Under the pieces are notes generated by a model. That model had not been told where the DNA came from. It searched no databases and saw only the letters and a program-made list of their open reading frames with translations. 64,000 nucleotides of DNA, taken from NCBI GenBank assembly GCA_035527535.1, contig DATLAK010000171.1, positions 7,638 through 71,637 of the forward strand. The letters run 5' to 3'. Within the stretch, counting starts at the first letter, position 1, and each line of letters begins with the position of its first letter. The DNA comes from Armatimonadota bacterium. GTDB taxonomy: Bacteria > Armatimonadota > Hebobacteria > GCA-020354555 > CP070648. This document shows positions 12,141-21,388 of the stretch, piece by piece. Both the position numbers and the translations under genes were made by a program.

Positions 12141-13514
12141 ATGAGAGCCGGGGCCATATATGTGTGCCAGCAGTGCGGGGCCGAACACCTGCGCTGGATG
12201 GGCCGGTGCCGCGACTGCGGCGCCTGGAGCGCCCTGGTGGAGCAGCGGGTGGAGGCCCACGGCCGCGGCGCGGCCGCGCGATGGCCGCCGCTGGCGCCAG
12301 CGGCGCCGATGTGCATCTCCGACGTGGTCGTCGCCGCCACCGCGCGCCAGCCCACCGGCATCGGCGAGTTCGACCGCGTCCTGGGGGGCGGCCTGGTAGC
12401 GGGGGCGTTGGTGCTCATCGGCGGCGAACCGGGGATCGGCAAGTCCACGCTGGTGCTGCAGGCGGCTCGCTCCTTCACCGAGGCGCAGGGGCGGGCGCTG
12501 TACGTGTCCGGGGAGGAGTCGCCGGGGCAGATCCGGATGCGGGCGCAGCGCATCGGGGCGGTTGACGCCCGCCTGGTGGTGCTCGCGGAAACCAACATCG
12601 AGCACATCCTGGCGGCGGTGGAGCAGGTGTCGCCGGGGCTGGTGATCGTGGACTCGGTGCAGACGCTGCACGATCCGGCGCTGGAGAGCGCGCCGGGCAG
12701 TGTCAGCCAGGTGCGGGACTGCGCGGCGCTGCTGATGCGCGCGGGCAAGCAATCCTCGCGGCCCATCTTGCTGGTCGGCCATGTGACCAAGGAGGGGGCG
12801 ATCGCGGGGCCGCGCGTACTGGAGCACATGGTGGACGCGGTGCTCTACCTCGAAGGCGAGCGGCACCATGACTACCGGCTGCTGCGGGCGGTCAAGAATA
12901 GGTTCGGCCCCACCCATGAGCTGGGTGTGTTCCACATGCGCGAGGAGGGAATGGTGGAGGTGGCGAATCCGTCCGCGGCATTCCTGGATGAGCGGCGGGC
13001 GGAGGCACCCGGCTCGGCGGTGATTGCGAGCATGGAGGGGAGTCGTCCGCTGCTGGTGGAGGTGCAGGCGCTGGCGTCGCCGGCGCCGCCGTTTGGCGCG
13101 CCGCGGCGCAGCTCGACGGGCGTCGACCCACGGCGACTGGCCCTGGTGCTGGCGGTGCTGGAGAAGCGGGCGCGGCTGGCGGTGTCGACGCAGGATGTCT
13201 TCGCCAACATCGCCGGCGGGGTGCGGGTGGAGGAGCCGGCCGCTGATCTGGGCCTGGCGGTGGCCCTGGCGTCCAGCTTGAAGGATCGGCCGGTGTGCCC
13301 GGAGACGGTGTTTTTCGGCGAGGTCGGGCTGTCGGGGGAGATCCGCAGCGTCAACCGTTCGGAGGAGCGAATGCGAGAGGCGGCGCGTCTGGGCTTTCGC
13401 CGCTGCGTAGCGCCCGCAGGCGGCGTGTCGCGCGCCTTTGACGAGCTGGAGGTGGTAGCGGTGGCCGATGTCGGCGAGGCCTTCGCCGCCGGGCTGACCG
13501 CGGGCAGCTCGTGA
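12141..13514 (+). CDS. radA: DNA repair protein RadA/Sms
   Basis: N-terminal C4 zinc ribbon CQQCGAEHLRWMGRCRDCGAW, RecA-like Walker A GGEPGIGKST, KNRFG motif, Lon-protease-like C-terminal domain. Confidence 0.9.
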   Translation: MRAGAIYVCQQCGAEHLRWMGRCRDCGAWSALVEQRVEAHGRGAAARWPPLAPAAPMCISDVVVAATARQPTGIGEFDRVLGGGLVAGALVLIGGEPGIGKSTLVLQAARSFTEAQGRALYVSGEESPGQIRMRAQRIGAVDARLVVLAETNIEHILAAVEQVSPGLVIVDSVQTLHDPALESAPGSVSQVRDCAALLMRAGKQSSRPILLVGHVTKEGAIAGPRVLEHMVDAVLYLEGERHHDYRLLRAVKNRFGPTHELGVFHMREEGMVEVANPSAAFLDERRAEAPGSAVIASMEGSRPLLVEVQALASPAPPFGAPRRSSTGVDPRRLALVLAVLEKRARLAVSTQDVFANIAGGVRVEEPAADLGLAVALASSLKDRPVCPETVFFGEVGLSGEIRSVNRSEERMREAARLGFRRCVAPAGGVSRAFDELEVVAVADVGEAFAAGLTAGSS

Positions 13515-13542
13515 CTCCGGCGCAGAGAGGAGGTGAAGGACA

Positions 13543-14712
13543 ATGGCAACACGCGTGATGGGGTTCCTCTTCAGCTTGGCGTTCAGCCTGGTCTCGGCGG
13601 TCGTGTTCGGGGAGCTCGCCGATATCTATCTGGGGCTGTCCTTCATCAAGAACGCGGAGGTCGGCCAATACTTCGTGCTTTGGTATCGCATTGCGTTTGT
13701 CGTTCTTGGACTCCTCATCGGGTTCACGCTGGCCGGCGTCATCTTCCGCCAGATGGTAGGCCTCGCCTGCAACCTGCAGCGGTTCCCCGCCCCGGACAAG
13801 GTGGCGGGGGTGGTCGGCCTGATCATCGGTTTGGTGCTCACCGTGCTGCTGGGGCGGTTCGTGCTTATCATCCCGCGACTGGGGCCGTTTCTGGTGCTGC
13901 TGCTGGGGGTTGCGTGCATCTACCTCGGCGGCAGCATCGCCATGAGCATGAAGGAGGAGCTGTCGTTCTTCATGCCCAACCTCGTCGGCCGCGCCGGCGG
14001 CCGCGACGCCGGAGCGGCCGGCTCGCGCGCGAAGCTGCTGGATACCAACGTGATCATTGACGGTCGCATCGCCGACGTCTGCCGCACCGGGTTCCTCGAG
14101 GGCCCGATCCTGGTGCCGGACTTCGTGCTCGAGGAGCTGCACCTCATCGCCGACAGCGGGGACAGCCTCAAGCGCAACCGCGGTCGCCGGGGCCTCGACG
14201 TCCTCAACCAGATGCAGGACGAGTTGAACCTGTCGGTGGAGGTCTATGATCGCTACGACATCGTGTTCGGCGACAACGAAGGCGTGGACCTCAAGCTGGT
14301 AAAGCTCGCCAAGGCGACCAGCGCGGCCATCGTCACCAACGACTTCAACTTGAACAAGGTGGCCCAGCTCCAGGGCGTTGTCGTGCTCAATGTCAACGAG
14401 TTGGCCAATGCCGTCAAACCCGTGGTGCTGCCCGGGGAGGAGATGTCGGTCACCATCGTCAAGGAAGGCAAGGAGCTCAACCAGGGCGTGGCGTACCTCG
14501 AGGACGGCACCATGGTGGTAGTCGAGGACGGCAAGCGCCACATGGGAGAGACGGTGACGATCATCGTCACCAGCGTGCTGCAGACAGTCGCGGGCAAGAT
14601 GATCTTCGGCAACTTGAGGACCGACCCCACGGGGGAGGCGCGATCTGACAGAGACAGCCGGGCTAATAGCGGCAGCAGGCTCCGGAGAAAGACTCGGCTC
14701 GCGGCGGAGTAA
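13543..14712 (+). CDS. PIN/TRAM domain membrane protein (YacL-like)
   Basis: Four N-terminal TM helices, PIN domain (LLDTNVIIDGRIADV...), C-terminal TRAM-like GETVTIIVTSVLQTVAGKMIFGNL; the last ~30 codons are low-complexity read-through overlapping the ispD N-terminal region; conserved position between radA and ispD as in Firmicutes. Confidence 0.8.
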   Translation: MATRVMGFLFSLAFSLVSAVVFGELADIYLGLSFIKNAEVGQYFVLWYRIAFVVLGLLIGFTLAGVIFRQMVGLACNLQRFPAPDKVAGVVGLIIGLVLTVLLGRFVLIIPRLGPFLVLLLGVACIYLGGSIAMSMKEELSFFMPNLVGRAGGRDAGAAGSRAKLLDTNVIIDGRIADVCRTGFLEGPILVPDFVLEELHLIADSGDSLKRNRGRRGLDVLNQMQDELNLSVEVYDRYDIVFGDNEGVDLKLVKLAKATSAAIVTNDFNLNKVAQLQGVVVLNVNELANAVKPVVLPGEEMSVTIVKEGKELNQGVAYLEDGTMVVVEDGKRHMGETVTIIVTSVLQTVAGKMIFGNLRTDPTGEARSDRDSRANSGSRLRRKTRLAAE

Positions 14713-14740
14713 GGCGCTGACGCCGCTCGGCGGCCGCCCC

Positions 14741-15844
14741 ATGGTCAGCTACTGCCTTGATGCCTTCCGGGCGTCGAGGGTGGGCGAGATCGTGGTGGTC
14801 GCTCCGCCCGACGAGGTGGAGCCGTTCCGGCAGCTCATCGCGCACGGGCCGAGCGACCAGACCGAGAAGGTCGTCGCCGGGGGTGGCACGCGCCAGGAGT
14901 CGGTGATGAACGGCCTGCGCGAGGTGTCGGCAGGCGTGGAGTGCGTGCTGGTGCACGACGCGGCGCGACCCTTGGTGACGCCGGAGCTGATCGCGGCATG
15001 CGCCGCCGCCGCCCGCACCCACGGCGCGGCGGTGGCGGCTCTGCCGGTGAGCGACACGCTCAAGTACGCCGAGGGTGAGCTCATTCGCACGACGGTGGAT
15101 CGGCACGGGCTGTGGGCGGCGCAGACGCCGCAGGCGTTTCGCGTCGAGCTATTAAGGGAAGCCTACGCGCGGGCGCGGCAGGAGGGCGCGGCCGCCACCG
15201 ACGATGCGTCCGTGGTCGAGGCGATGGGCGCGCCGGTGCGATTGATCATGGGTTCGCCGCGGAATCTGAAGATCACATACCCGCAGGACCTCGCGCTGGC
15301 GGAGATGCTGCTGGCGGCGGGGACGGGGAGGCGCGAGTCGCGCTGCGGCGTGGGCTACGACGTGCACCGCCTGGTCGCAGGGCGGCGCCTGGTGTTGGGG
15401 GGCATCGAGTTCCCCGGGGGAGTGGGCCTGGCGGGGCACTCCGACGCCGACGTTCTCACGCACGCCGTCAGCGACGCGCTGTTGGGGGCGGCGGGGTTGG
15501 GCGATATCGGCCGCTGTTTCCCCGACGACGATCCGCGTTATGCGGGAGCGGACAGCGTGGAGCTGCTGCGGCAAGTGGCGGCGATGGCGGCGGCGGCCGG
15601 ATTCCGCGTCATCAACGTGGATGCGGTGGTGGTGGCGGAGCAGCCGCGCATCGCGGAGGCCGTGGGGCAAATGCAGCGGCGGCTGGCGCAGGCCCTGGGC
15701 GTCGCGCCCGAGCGCGTCAACATCAAGGGCAAGACCGCCGAAGGATTGGGGGCCATCGGCGCCGGCGCGGGCATCGCCAGCCATGCCGTATGCACGGTGG
15801 CGCCGGCTGCGAGCGGTGATGACTGCAGTTCCGAGGAGGGGTGA
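14741..15844 (+). CDS. ispDF: bifunctional 2-C-methyl-D-erythritol 4-phosphate cytidylyltransferase / 2-C-methyl-D-erythritol 2,4-cyclodiphosphate synthase (IspDF); true start probably upstream (non-canonical)
   Basis: IspD core (VVAGGGTRQESV, LVHDAARPL) then IspF (YDVHRLV...GHSDADVLTHAV...). Open in-frame back to 14618 encoding the IspD P-loop AGLIAAAGSGERLGS..KAL, but no ATG/GTG/TTG there (only CTG 14645, ATA 14666). Confidence 0.85.
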   Translation: MVSYCLDAFRASRVGEIVVVAPPDEVEPFRQLIAHGPSDQTEKVVAGGGTRQESVMNGLREVSAGVECVLVHDAARPLVTPELIAACAAAARTHGAAVAALPVSDTLKYAEGELIRTTVDRHGLWAAQTPQAFRVELLREAYARARQEGAAATDDASVVEAMGAPVRLIMGSPRNLKITYPQDLALAEMLLAAGTGRRESRCGVGYDVHRLVAGRRLVLGGIEFPGGVGLAGHSDADVLTHAVSDALLGAAGLGDIGRCFPDDDPRYAGADSVELLRQVAAMAAAAGFRVINVDAVVVAEQPRIAEAVGQMQRRLAQALGVAPERVNIKGKTAEGLGAIGAGAGIASHAVCTVAPAASGDDCSSEEG

Positions 15845-16404
15845 TGGACATAACGTTCACCGGCAAGCAATTCGAGGTCACGGACGCGCTCAGGCGCTAC
15901 ACGGAGCGCAAGCTGAGCAAGTACGAGAAGCAGTTGCGCAAGCTGACGTCGGTGCATGTCGTGCAGAGCACCGAGCGCAACTGGCACAACGTTGACCTGA
16001 CCGTCACCGCCGACGGCGCGGTGTTTCGCGGCGAGGGCAGGTCCGACAACATGTACACGTCGATTGACCTCGCGGTCACCCGGCTCGAGACGCAGATCAA
16101 GCACCGCAAGGGCAAGCTTATCGACCGCGCCCACGGCAGAAGCCCGGAGGCGCGCGCGCCCGAGGCGGCGGTCGAGGGCGCAGTCGAGGCTGACGCCGAG
16201 GAGGATCTCGACGCCGAGGAGGCGCCGCGTCGGGTGCGAACCAAGCGCGTGCAGTTGACGCCGATGGCGGTGGAGGAGGCGATTGACGAAATGGAGATGC
16301 TGGAGCAGCAGTTCCTGGTTTTCGTCAACGGCGACAGCGGCCGGGTCAACGTCGTCTACCGGCGCGATGACGGGGGCTACGGGCTGGTTGACCCCGACTA
16401 CTGA
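15841..16404 (+). CDS. hpf: ribosome hibernation-promoting factor, long form (HPF/RaiA)
   Basis: N-terminal S30AE domain ITFTGKQFEVTDALRRYTERKLSKYEK...VDLTV, acidic linker, C-terminal dimerisation domain VRTKRVQLTPMAVEEAIDEMEMLEQQFLVFVN; start overlaps ispDF stop. Confidence 0.88.
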   Translation: MMDITFTGKQFEVTDALRRYTERKLSKYEKQLRKLTSVHVVQSTERNWHNVDLTVTADGAVFRGEGRSDNMYTSIDLAVTRLETQIKHRKGKLIDRAHGRSPEARAPEAAVEGAVEADAEEDLDAEEAPRRVRTKRVQLTPMAVEEAIDEMEMLEQQFLVFVNGDSGRVNVVYRRDDGGYGLVDPDY

Positions 16405-16458
16405 GCGCACTTGCGGGAGCGCCGGCCGGGGGCTTGAGATCAGGCAAGGTATGCGCGA

Positions 16459-16809
16459 GTGAAACTTGACGAGTTCCGCGAGGAGGTCAAGCGGGAGTTC
16501 GGCGGGCAATTGCAGCGAGCGACGCCGGCCAACGTCCAGGACTTCCTGGCGCGCATGCAATCTCAACTGTTCGCCGACGCGGGCAAGGCCGGGCACGCGT
16601 TCGAGATCAGCGAGTCGGCCCGCGATTACGACGAGATCGTGACGCAGTTCTTCGCGCGGGTGCTGGATACCAAGGCGGAGCAGCTGGAGCAGGCGCTGAT
16701 GATGCTGTGGCTGGTGGGATTCGAGCTGCACTTCGCGCGCCTGGAGGAGGAGTACGCCGATCGTTTCGCCGCGATGTTCCGCGAACGCGATGCGGAGGAC
16801 GAACCGTGA
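16459..16809 (+). CDS. hypothetical protein (116 aa)
   Basis: Compact ORF between hpf and the next gene, GTG start, same strand and codon bias; no recognisable domain. Confidence 0.45.
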   Translation: MKLDEFREEVKREFGGQLQRATPANVQDFLARMQSQLFADAGKAGHAFEISESARDYDEIVTQFFARVLDTKAEQLEQALMMLWLVGFELHFARLEEEYADRFAAMFRERDAEDEP

Positions 16810-16844
16810 GCGCGGGCCCACCGTCCGCGGCGGGGAGGGGCGAC

Positions 16845-17225
16845 ATGTCAACCGTGGTACGCATTCGTGCTGGCGATGTCGAGGCGCAGGCCGAGCTCAA
16901 TGATTCGGCGACCGCGCAGGCGATCGCGCGCGCGCTGCCCATCGAGGGCAGCGCCAACACCTGGGGCGACGAGATCTACTTCAGCATCCCCGTGCGCTGC
17001 GACGAGGAGCAGCCCCAGGCGGTGGTGCAGATGGGCGATCTCGGCTACTGGCGGCCGGGCAGCGCGTTCTGCATCTTCTTCGGGCCCACCCCCGCCAGCC
17101 GCGGCGCCGAGATTCGCCCCGCCAGCCCGGTCAACATCTTCGGCCGCGTCGTCGGTGACCCCGAGGTCTTCAAGTCGGTGCCCGACGGTGCGCGCGTGGT
17201 GGTGGAGGCGGCCGGGCGGGTTTAG
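16845..17225 (+). CDS. cyclophilin-like superfamily protein (DUF3830-like)
   Basis: ATG 16845 preceded by GGGGAGGGG; MSTVVRIRAGDVEAQAELNDSATAQAIARALPIEGSANTWGDEIYF... typical of small cyclophilin-fold proteins; longer 16707 ORF overlaps the upstream gene. Confidence 0.55.
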   Translation: MSTVVRIRAGDVEAQAELNDSATAQAIARALPIEGSANTWGDEIYFSIPVRCDEEQPQAVVQMGDLGYWRPGSAFCIFFGPTPASRGAEIRPASPVNIFGRVVGDPEVFKSVPDGARVVVEAAGRV

Positions 17226-17246
17226 GCCGATGAGCGCGGGCAGGTC

Positions 17247-18434
17247 ATGAACATAGTAATCGCACCGGACTCCTTCAAGGGCAGCCTGACCGCGGTGGCG
17301 GCCGCCGATGCCATCGAGCAGGGCGTTCGCGCGGTTGTGCCGAGCGCGGAGCTGGTGCGCGTCCCCCTGGCCGACGGCGGAGAGGGAACCGCACAGGCCC
17401 TGGTGGACGCGACCGGGGGGCGCCTGGTGCAGCAGCGGGTGTGGGGCCCGCTGCGCGAGCCCGTGGAGGCCTTCTTCGGCATCCTGGGTGACGACACCAC
17501 CGGCGTGGTCGAGACGGCGGCGGCCTCGGGCCTGGCGCTGGTCCCCGCCGAGCGGCGGGATCCCCGCGTGACCACCACCTACGGCACCGGTCAGCTGATT
17601 GCGGCGGCGATGGACCAAGGCTGCACCAAGGTCATCGTCGCGGTTGGGGGCAGCGCCACCAACGACGGCGGCGCGGGAATGGCGCAGGCGCTCGGCGCGC
17701 GCCTGACCGACGACAACGGGGAGCAGCTCGGCCCCGGCGGGGCCGAGCTGGCGCGGCTGGCCAAGGTAGACGTGTCGAACATGGACGCGCGCGTGCGCAC
17801 CACGGAGTTCTGTATCGCCACCGACGTCAACAACCCCCTGTGCGGGCCCCAGGGCGCATCGGCCGTATACGGCCCGCAGAAGGGCGCTACTCCCGACATG
17901 GTGCGTGAGCTCGACTCCGCGCTCATGCGCTACGCGACGGTGATCGCGCGTGATCTCAAGCAAGAGGTGGCCGATCGCCCCGGGGCGGGGGCGGCGGGGG
18001 GGCTGGGCGCGGGCCTGATGGCGTTTCTGGGGGCGCAGCCGCGCATGGGCATCGCGGTGGTGCTGGAAACGGTTGACTTCGAGAGCTACCTGGAGGCGGC
18101 CGATCTCGTCATCACGGGCGAGGGGAGGATTGACTCCCAGACCGCGTACGGCAAGACGCTCAGCGGGCTCGGCCGGCTGGCGCGGCGTTACAACGTGCCG
18201 GTGATAGCGCTCGCCGGCGCCGTGCACGAGGAGGCGGAGCGCCTGGCTGAGATCGGCATTGACGCGGCGGTTAGCATTGTGCCGGCGCCGATGACGGAGG
18301 CGGAAGCCATGGCACAGGCGGGCGCGCTCCTGCAAGACGCGGCGGAGAAGGTCATGCGGTTGATCTTGACCGGTCGCGAGGTCGGCGAGGGCAAGTGGAA
18401 GCTGCCGGCGGGCGGGCTCGGCGGCGAGGGGTGA
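17247..18434 (+). CDS. glycerate kinase (GarK/GlxK family)
   Basis: N-terminal MNIVIAPDSFKGSLTAVAAADAIEQG, GTGQLIAAAMD, glycine-rich ADRPGAGAAGGLGAGL; ~395 aa. Confidence 0.85.
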   Translation: MNIVIAPDSFKGSLTAVAAADAIEQGVRAVVPSAELVRVPLADGGEGTAQALVDATGGRLVQQRVWGPLREPVEAFFGILGDDTTGVVETAAASGLALVPAERRDPRVTTTYGTGQLIAAAMDQGCTKVIVAVGGSATNDGGAGMAQALGARLTDDNGEQLGPGGAELARLAKVDVSNMDARVRTTEFCIATDVNNPLCGPQGASAVYGPQKGATPDMVRELDSALMRYATVIARDLKQEVADRPGAGAAGGLGAGLMAFLGAQPRMGIAVVLETVDFESYLEAADLVITGEGRIDSQTAYGKTLSGLGRLARRYNVPVIALAGAVHEEAERLAEIGIDAAVSIVPAPMTEAEAMAQAGALLQDAAEKVMRLILTGREVGEGKWKLPAGGLGGEG

Positions 18435-18489
18435 ACGACAGATCTGCGCGCCGGCCGCAGGCGGCGACCGGCTCCGCGCTGACGGGACG

Positions 18490-20511
18490 ATGGTGGTGGA
18501 TGGCAACGGTCACCGTGTGCACGGTGCGCGGGTATGCGCCGGCCCGGGCAGCCCCGAGGTCGCCCGCGCATTCGATATCCTCGAGCAGCATCCCGGCGCC
18601 GTGTGCGTGGTCCGCGCCGCCGACCTCTCGGTGCTGTACCTGAACCGGGCGTGGGCGGAGTTGATGCAGGTGGAGGCGCCGGCGCTCCCGGGCAGGCCCA
18701 TCGGCGAGGCAGTGCGGCAGGGAGGCGAAGCCCTGCTCAATCTCCTGGTGGCCGCCGGCGGCTCGGGGGCTGCCGCGCGCGTCAGCAACTTCCGGGTGAG
18801 CTGCGACGGCGGCTCCGAGCGACTGTGGACCGTGCAGTTGACCCCGCGCTTCGACGACCGGGGAGAGCGCGTCGCGGAGATCATGGTCTTCATCACGGAT
18901 GTCAGCGAGCGCGCGTACCTGGTGCAGGCGGCCGACCGCGCGGCCGAGCAGGAGCGCCGGCGCGCGGAGCAGTTCGACGCGGTCTTCGCCAGCATCGCCA
19001 GCGCCGTCGTGCTGGCGGACAACGCGGGGATAGTCCGCAAGTGCAACGAGGCGGCGGTGGCGCTGTTCGGCCTGGAGGAGGGATCGGGCCTCGGCGTCGA
19101 AGCGCCGGAGCTGGCGCTCGTCCGCCCCGACGGAGGCGCGATGGGCGCGCACGAGGCGCCGCTGGCGCGGGCGCTGCGAGGCGAGGTGGTGCGCGGCGAG
19201 GAAGCGGTGGTGCTGCGGCCGGGGCACCCCCAACGAGCGGTGTCGGTAGCCGCGGCGCCGGTGATGATTGACGGCGCGGTGACCGGCGCGGTGGCGGTCT
19301 TCCACGACATCAGCGAGATTCGCTCCGCCGAGGAGCGCATGGAACGGGCGCTGCAGGCGGAGCGCCGACGGGCGCGGGAGGCGCGCACCCTGTACCACGC
19401 GGCGCGGGCGACGTCATCGGGCCTCGACCTCCAGGAATGCCTGCACGCAGTGGCCGCAACCATGGCCGAGGCGGTGGGCGTCAGCCGCTGCCACATCGTC
19501 CTGCTGGAGGGAGAAACGATCAAGGGCTTTGCCGCCTTCGGCGCCGGCCCGGAGCAGATCGCGCAGCTGCAGAGCGAAACGCGGCACCGGCGTCTGGACT
19601 GCGCCCGCGGCCTGCAGGCGGTGCGGGAGCATCGCCCGGTGTACGTCGCGGACGCGACCACGGATCCACTGGGCGACCACGAACGCGCACGGGCGCTGGC
19701 GATGAAGTCGGTGCTGGTGGTGCCGCTGGTCTACGGCGCCCACGTCACGGGCGTCGGCTACCTGGACGAACCCGGGGTCGAGCGCGAGTTCAGCGAGTCC
19801 AACCGCGCGATGGCGAGCACGATCGGGGCGCAGGGCGCGGTGGCGATCGAGAACGCGCGACTGTACGAGGTCGAGCAGGGACGCGCGCGCATGCTCGAGA
19901 TCATGATGGCCGAGCTCAACCATCGCGTCAAGAACAATCTGGCCGTCGTGTCCGGGCTGCTGGCGCTGCAGTTGTCACAGGGCGACCCCGCGGCGACCAA
20001 GGAGTCGGTCCTGCGCGACTGCATGACCCGCATCCAGAGCATCGCGCTCATTCACCAACTTCTGCACGCAGAAGACCTGGATGCGGTTGACATGAAGGAA
20101 ACCGCACGTCGGATCGCGTCCATGGTCGCCGAGACCTTCTCGGTCGCCGGCCAGCGCATCACCTGCCGCGTACGCGGGGACCGCCTGATGCTCCCGTGCA
20201 AGCTTGCGACCTCGCTGGGGGTCGCGCTCAACGAGCTGCTATGCAACGCGGTAAAGCATGGCCTGGCGGGGCGCGAGCAAGGGCGGGTTACGGTCAGCAT
20301 CACCGCCGGCGAGCGCATTTGCATCACCGTCAGCGACAACGGGCGCGGGCTGCGCCCCGGATTCGACGCCGGGCGCGACGGTCACCTGGGCGTGCTGGTG
20401 GTGGGCGGCTTGGTGGAGGGAGAGCTCGGCGGCTCTTTCACCCTGCGCAACCGCGCGCGCGGCGGCACCACCGCCGTCATCGCCTTTCCCGCGGCCGCGG
20501 CCCGGCGCTGA
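18490..20511 (+). CDS. sensor histidine kinase with PAS, PAS and GAF domains and HisKA_2/HWE-type kinase core
   Basis: GAF-like region (...VLVVPLVYGAHVTGVGYLDEP...), HisKA_2 H-box NHRVKNNLAVVSGLLALQ, HATPase (NELLCNAVKHG...GRGL); no response regulator adjacent. Confidence 0.8.
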   Translation: MVVDGNGHRVHGARVCAGPGSPEVARAFDILEQHPGAVCVVRAADLSVLYLNRAWAELMQVEAPALPGRPIGEAVRQGGEALLNLLVAAGGSGAAARVSNFRVSCDGGSERLWTVQLTPRFDDRGERVAEIMVFITDVSERAYLVQAADRAAEQERRRAEQFDAVFASIASAVVLADNAGIVRKCNEAAVALFGLEEGSGLGVEAPELALVRPDGGAMGAHEAPLARALRGEVVRGEEAVVLRPGHPQRAVSVAAAPVMIDGAVTGAVAVFHDISEIRSAEERMERALQAERRRAREARTLYHAARATSSGLDLQECLHAVAATMAEAVGVSRCHIVLLEGETIKGFAAFGAGPEQIAQLQSETRHRRLDCARGLQAVREHRPVYVADATTDPLGDHERARALAMKSVLVVPLVYGAHVTGVGYLDEPGVEREFSESNRAMASTIGAQGAVAIENARLYEVEQGRARMLEIMMAELNHRVKNNLAVVSGLLALQLSQGDPAATKESVLRDCMTRIQSIALIHQLLHAEDLDAVDMKETARRIASMVAETFSVAGQRITCRVRGDRLMLPCKLATSLGVALNELLCNAVKHGLAGREQGRVTVSITAGERICITVSDNGRGLRPGFDAGRDGHLGVLVVGGLVEGELGGSFTLRNRARGGTTAVIAFPAAAARR

Positions 20512-20584
20512 CGCCAGCAGCAGGAATCGCGCTCGGCGGAGAGGAAATCTCCAGCCGGACCTGCCTCTCCGGTCGGACGCCTCG

Positions 20585-21379
20585 ATGACACAACGCCAGA
20601 CCATGAAGGACGTCGCCGCCGCCCACGACGACCGCGGCGTCACCATCCAGCGCGTCGGCGTCAAGGACGTGCACCTGCCGGCGCAGATACGGCGCCAGGA
20701 GGGCGGCTACGACAGCGTGCTCGCCCGCGTCAACCTCGCGGCCGAACTGCCCCACCACTTTCGCGGCACCCACATGAGCCGCTTCCTGGCGGTGCTGTTC
20801 AAGTGGAGCCAGCGCCCGGTGGCCAGCCCCGATATTCGCGCCATGCTGGCCGACGTGTGCGCCGAGCTGCAGGCGCCCAGCGCCCACGTTGACATGCGCT
20901 TCAAGTACTTCATCGCCAAGCGCGCCCCGGTGAGTGGAGCCGAAAGCTACCTTGACCACGATTGCCAGTTCGCCGGCTCGCTGGCAGGCGACGACTATGT
21001 CTTCACCCTGGGGGTGGAGGCGCCCGTCACTTCGCTGTGCCCTTGCAGCCGCGACATCTCGACCCACGGCGCGCACAGTCAACGCGCGATGCTCCGCGTG
21101 CGCGTGCGCTACGCCCCCGGAGAGATCATCTGGATCGAGGACCTGGTGTCAGAGCTGGAGCGCCACGGCAGCGCCGAGATTTACCCCGTGCTCAAGCGCG
21201 AGGACGAGAAGTTCGTCACCGAGCAGGCGTACGCCAACCCCAAGTTCGTGGAGGACATCGTCCGCGACGCCGTCATCGGTCTGCGCGCCGATCAGCGTGT
21301 GACCTGGTTCGAGGTCGAGTGCGAGAGCTACGAATCCATCCACAACCACAGCGTCTACGCATATCAACAGGAGGGATAG
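20585..21379 (+). CDS. folE2: GTP cyclohydrolase FolE2/MptA (type IB)
   Basis: Conserved FolE2 motifs incl. THMSRF and SLCPCSRDISTHGAHSQR; 264 aa from ATG 20585; longer 20258 ORF is an out-of-frame extension over the kinase 3' end. Confidence 0.8.
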   Translation: MTQRQTMKDVAAAHDDRGVTIQRVGVKDVHLPAQIRRQEGGYDSVLARVNLAAELPHHFRGTHMSRFLAVLFKWSQRPVASPDIRAMLADVCAELQAPSAHVDMRFKYFIAKRAPVSGAESYLDHDCQFAGSLAGDDYVFTLGVEAPVTSLCPCSRDISTHGAHSQRAMLRVRVRYAPGEIIWIEDLVSELERHGSAEIYPVLKREDEKFVTEQAYANPKFVEDIVRDAVIGLRADQRVTWFEVECESYESIHNHSVYAYQQEG

Positions 21380-21388
21380 CCCCGCCCC

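Noticed and set aside
20258-20584. N-terminal 109-codon extension of folE2 (ORF-track start 20258)
   Set aside because: Extension overlaps the kinase 3' end out of frame and is Ala/Arg/Pro low complexity. Conserved FolE2 sequence begins at Met 20585.
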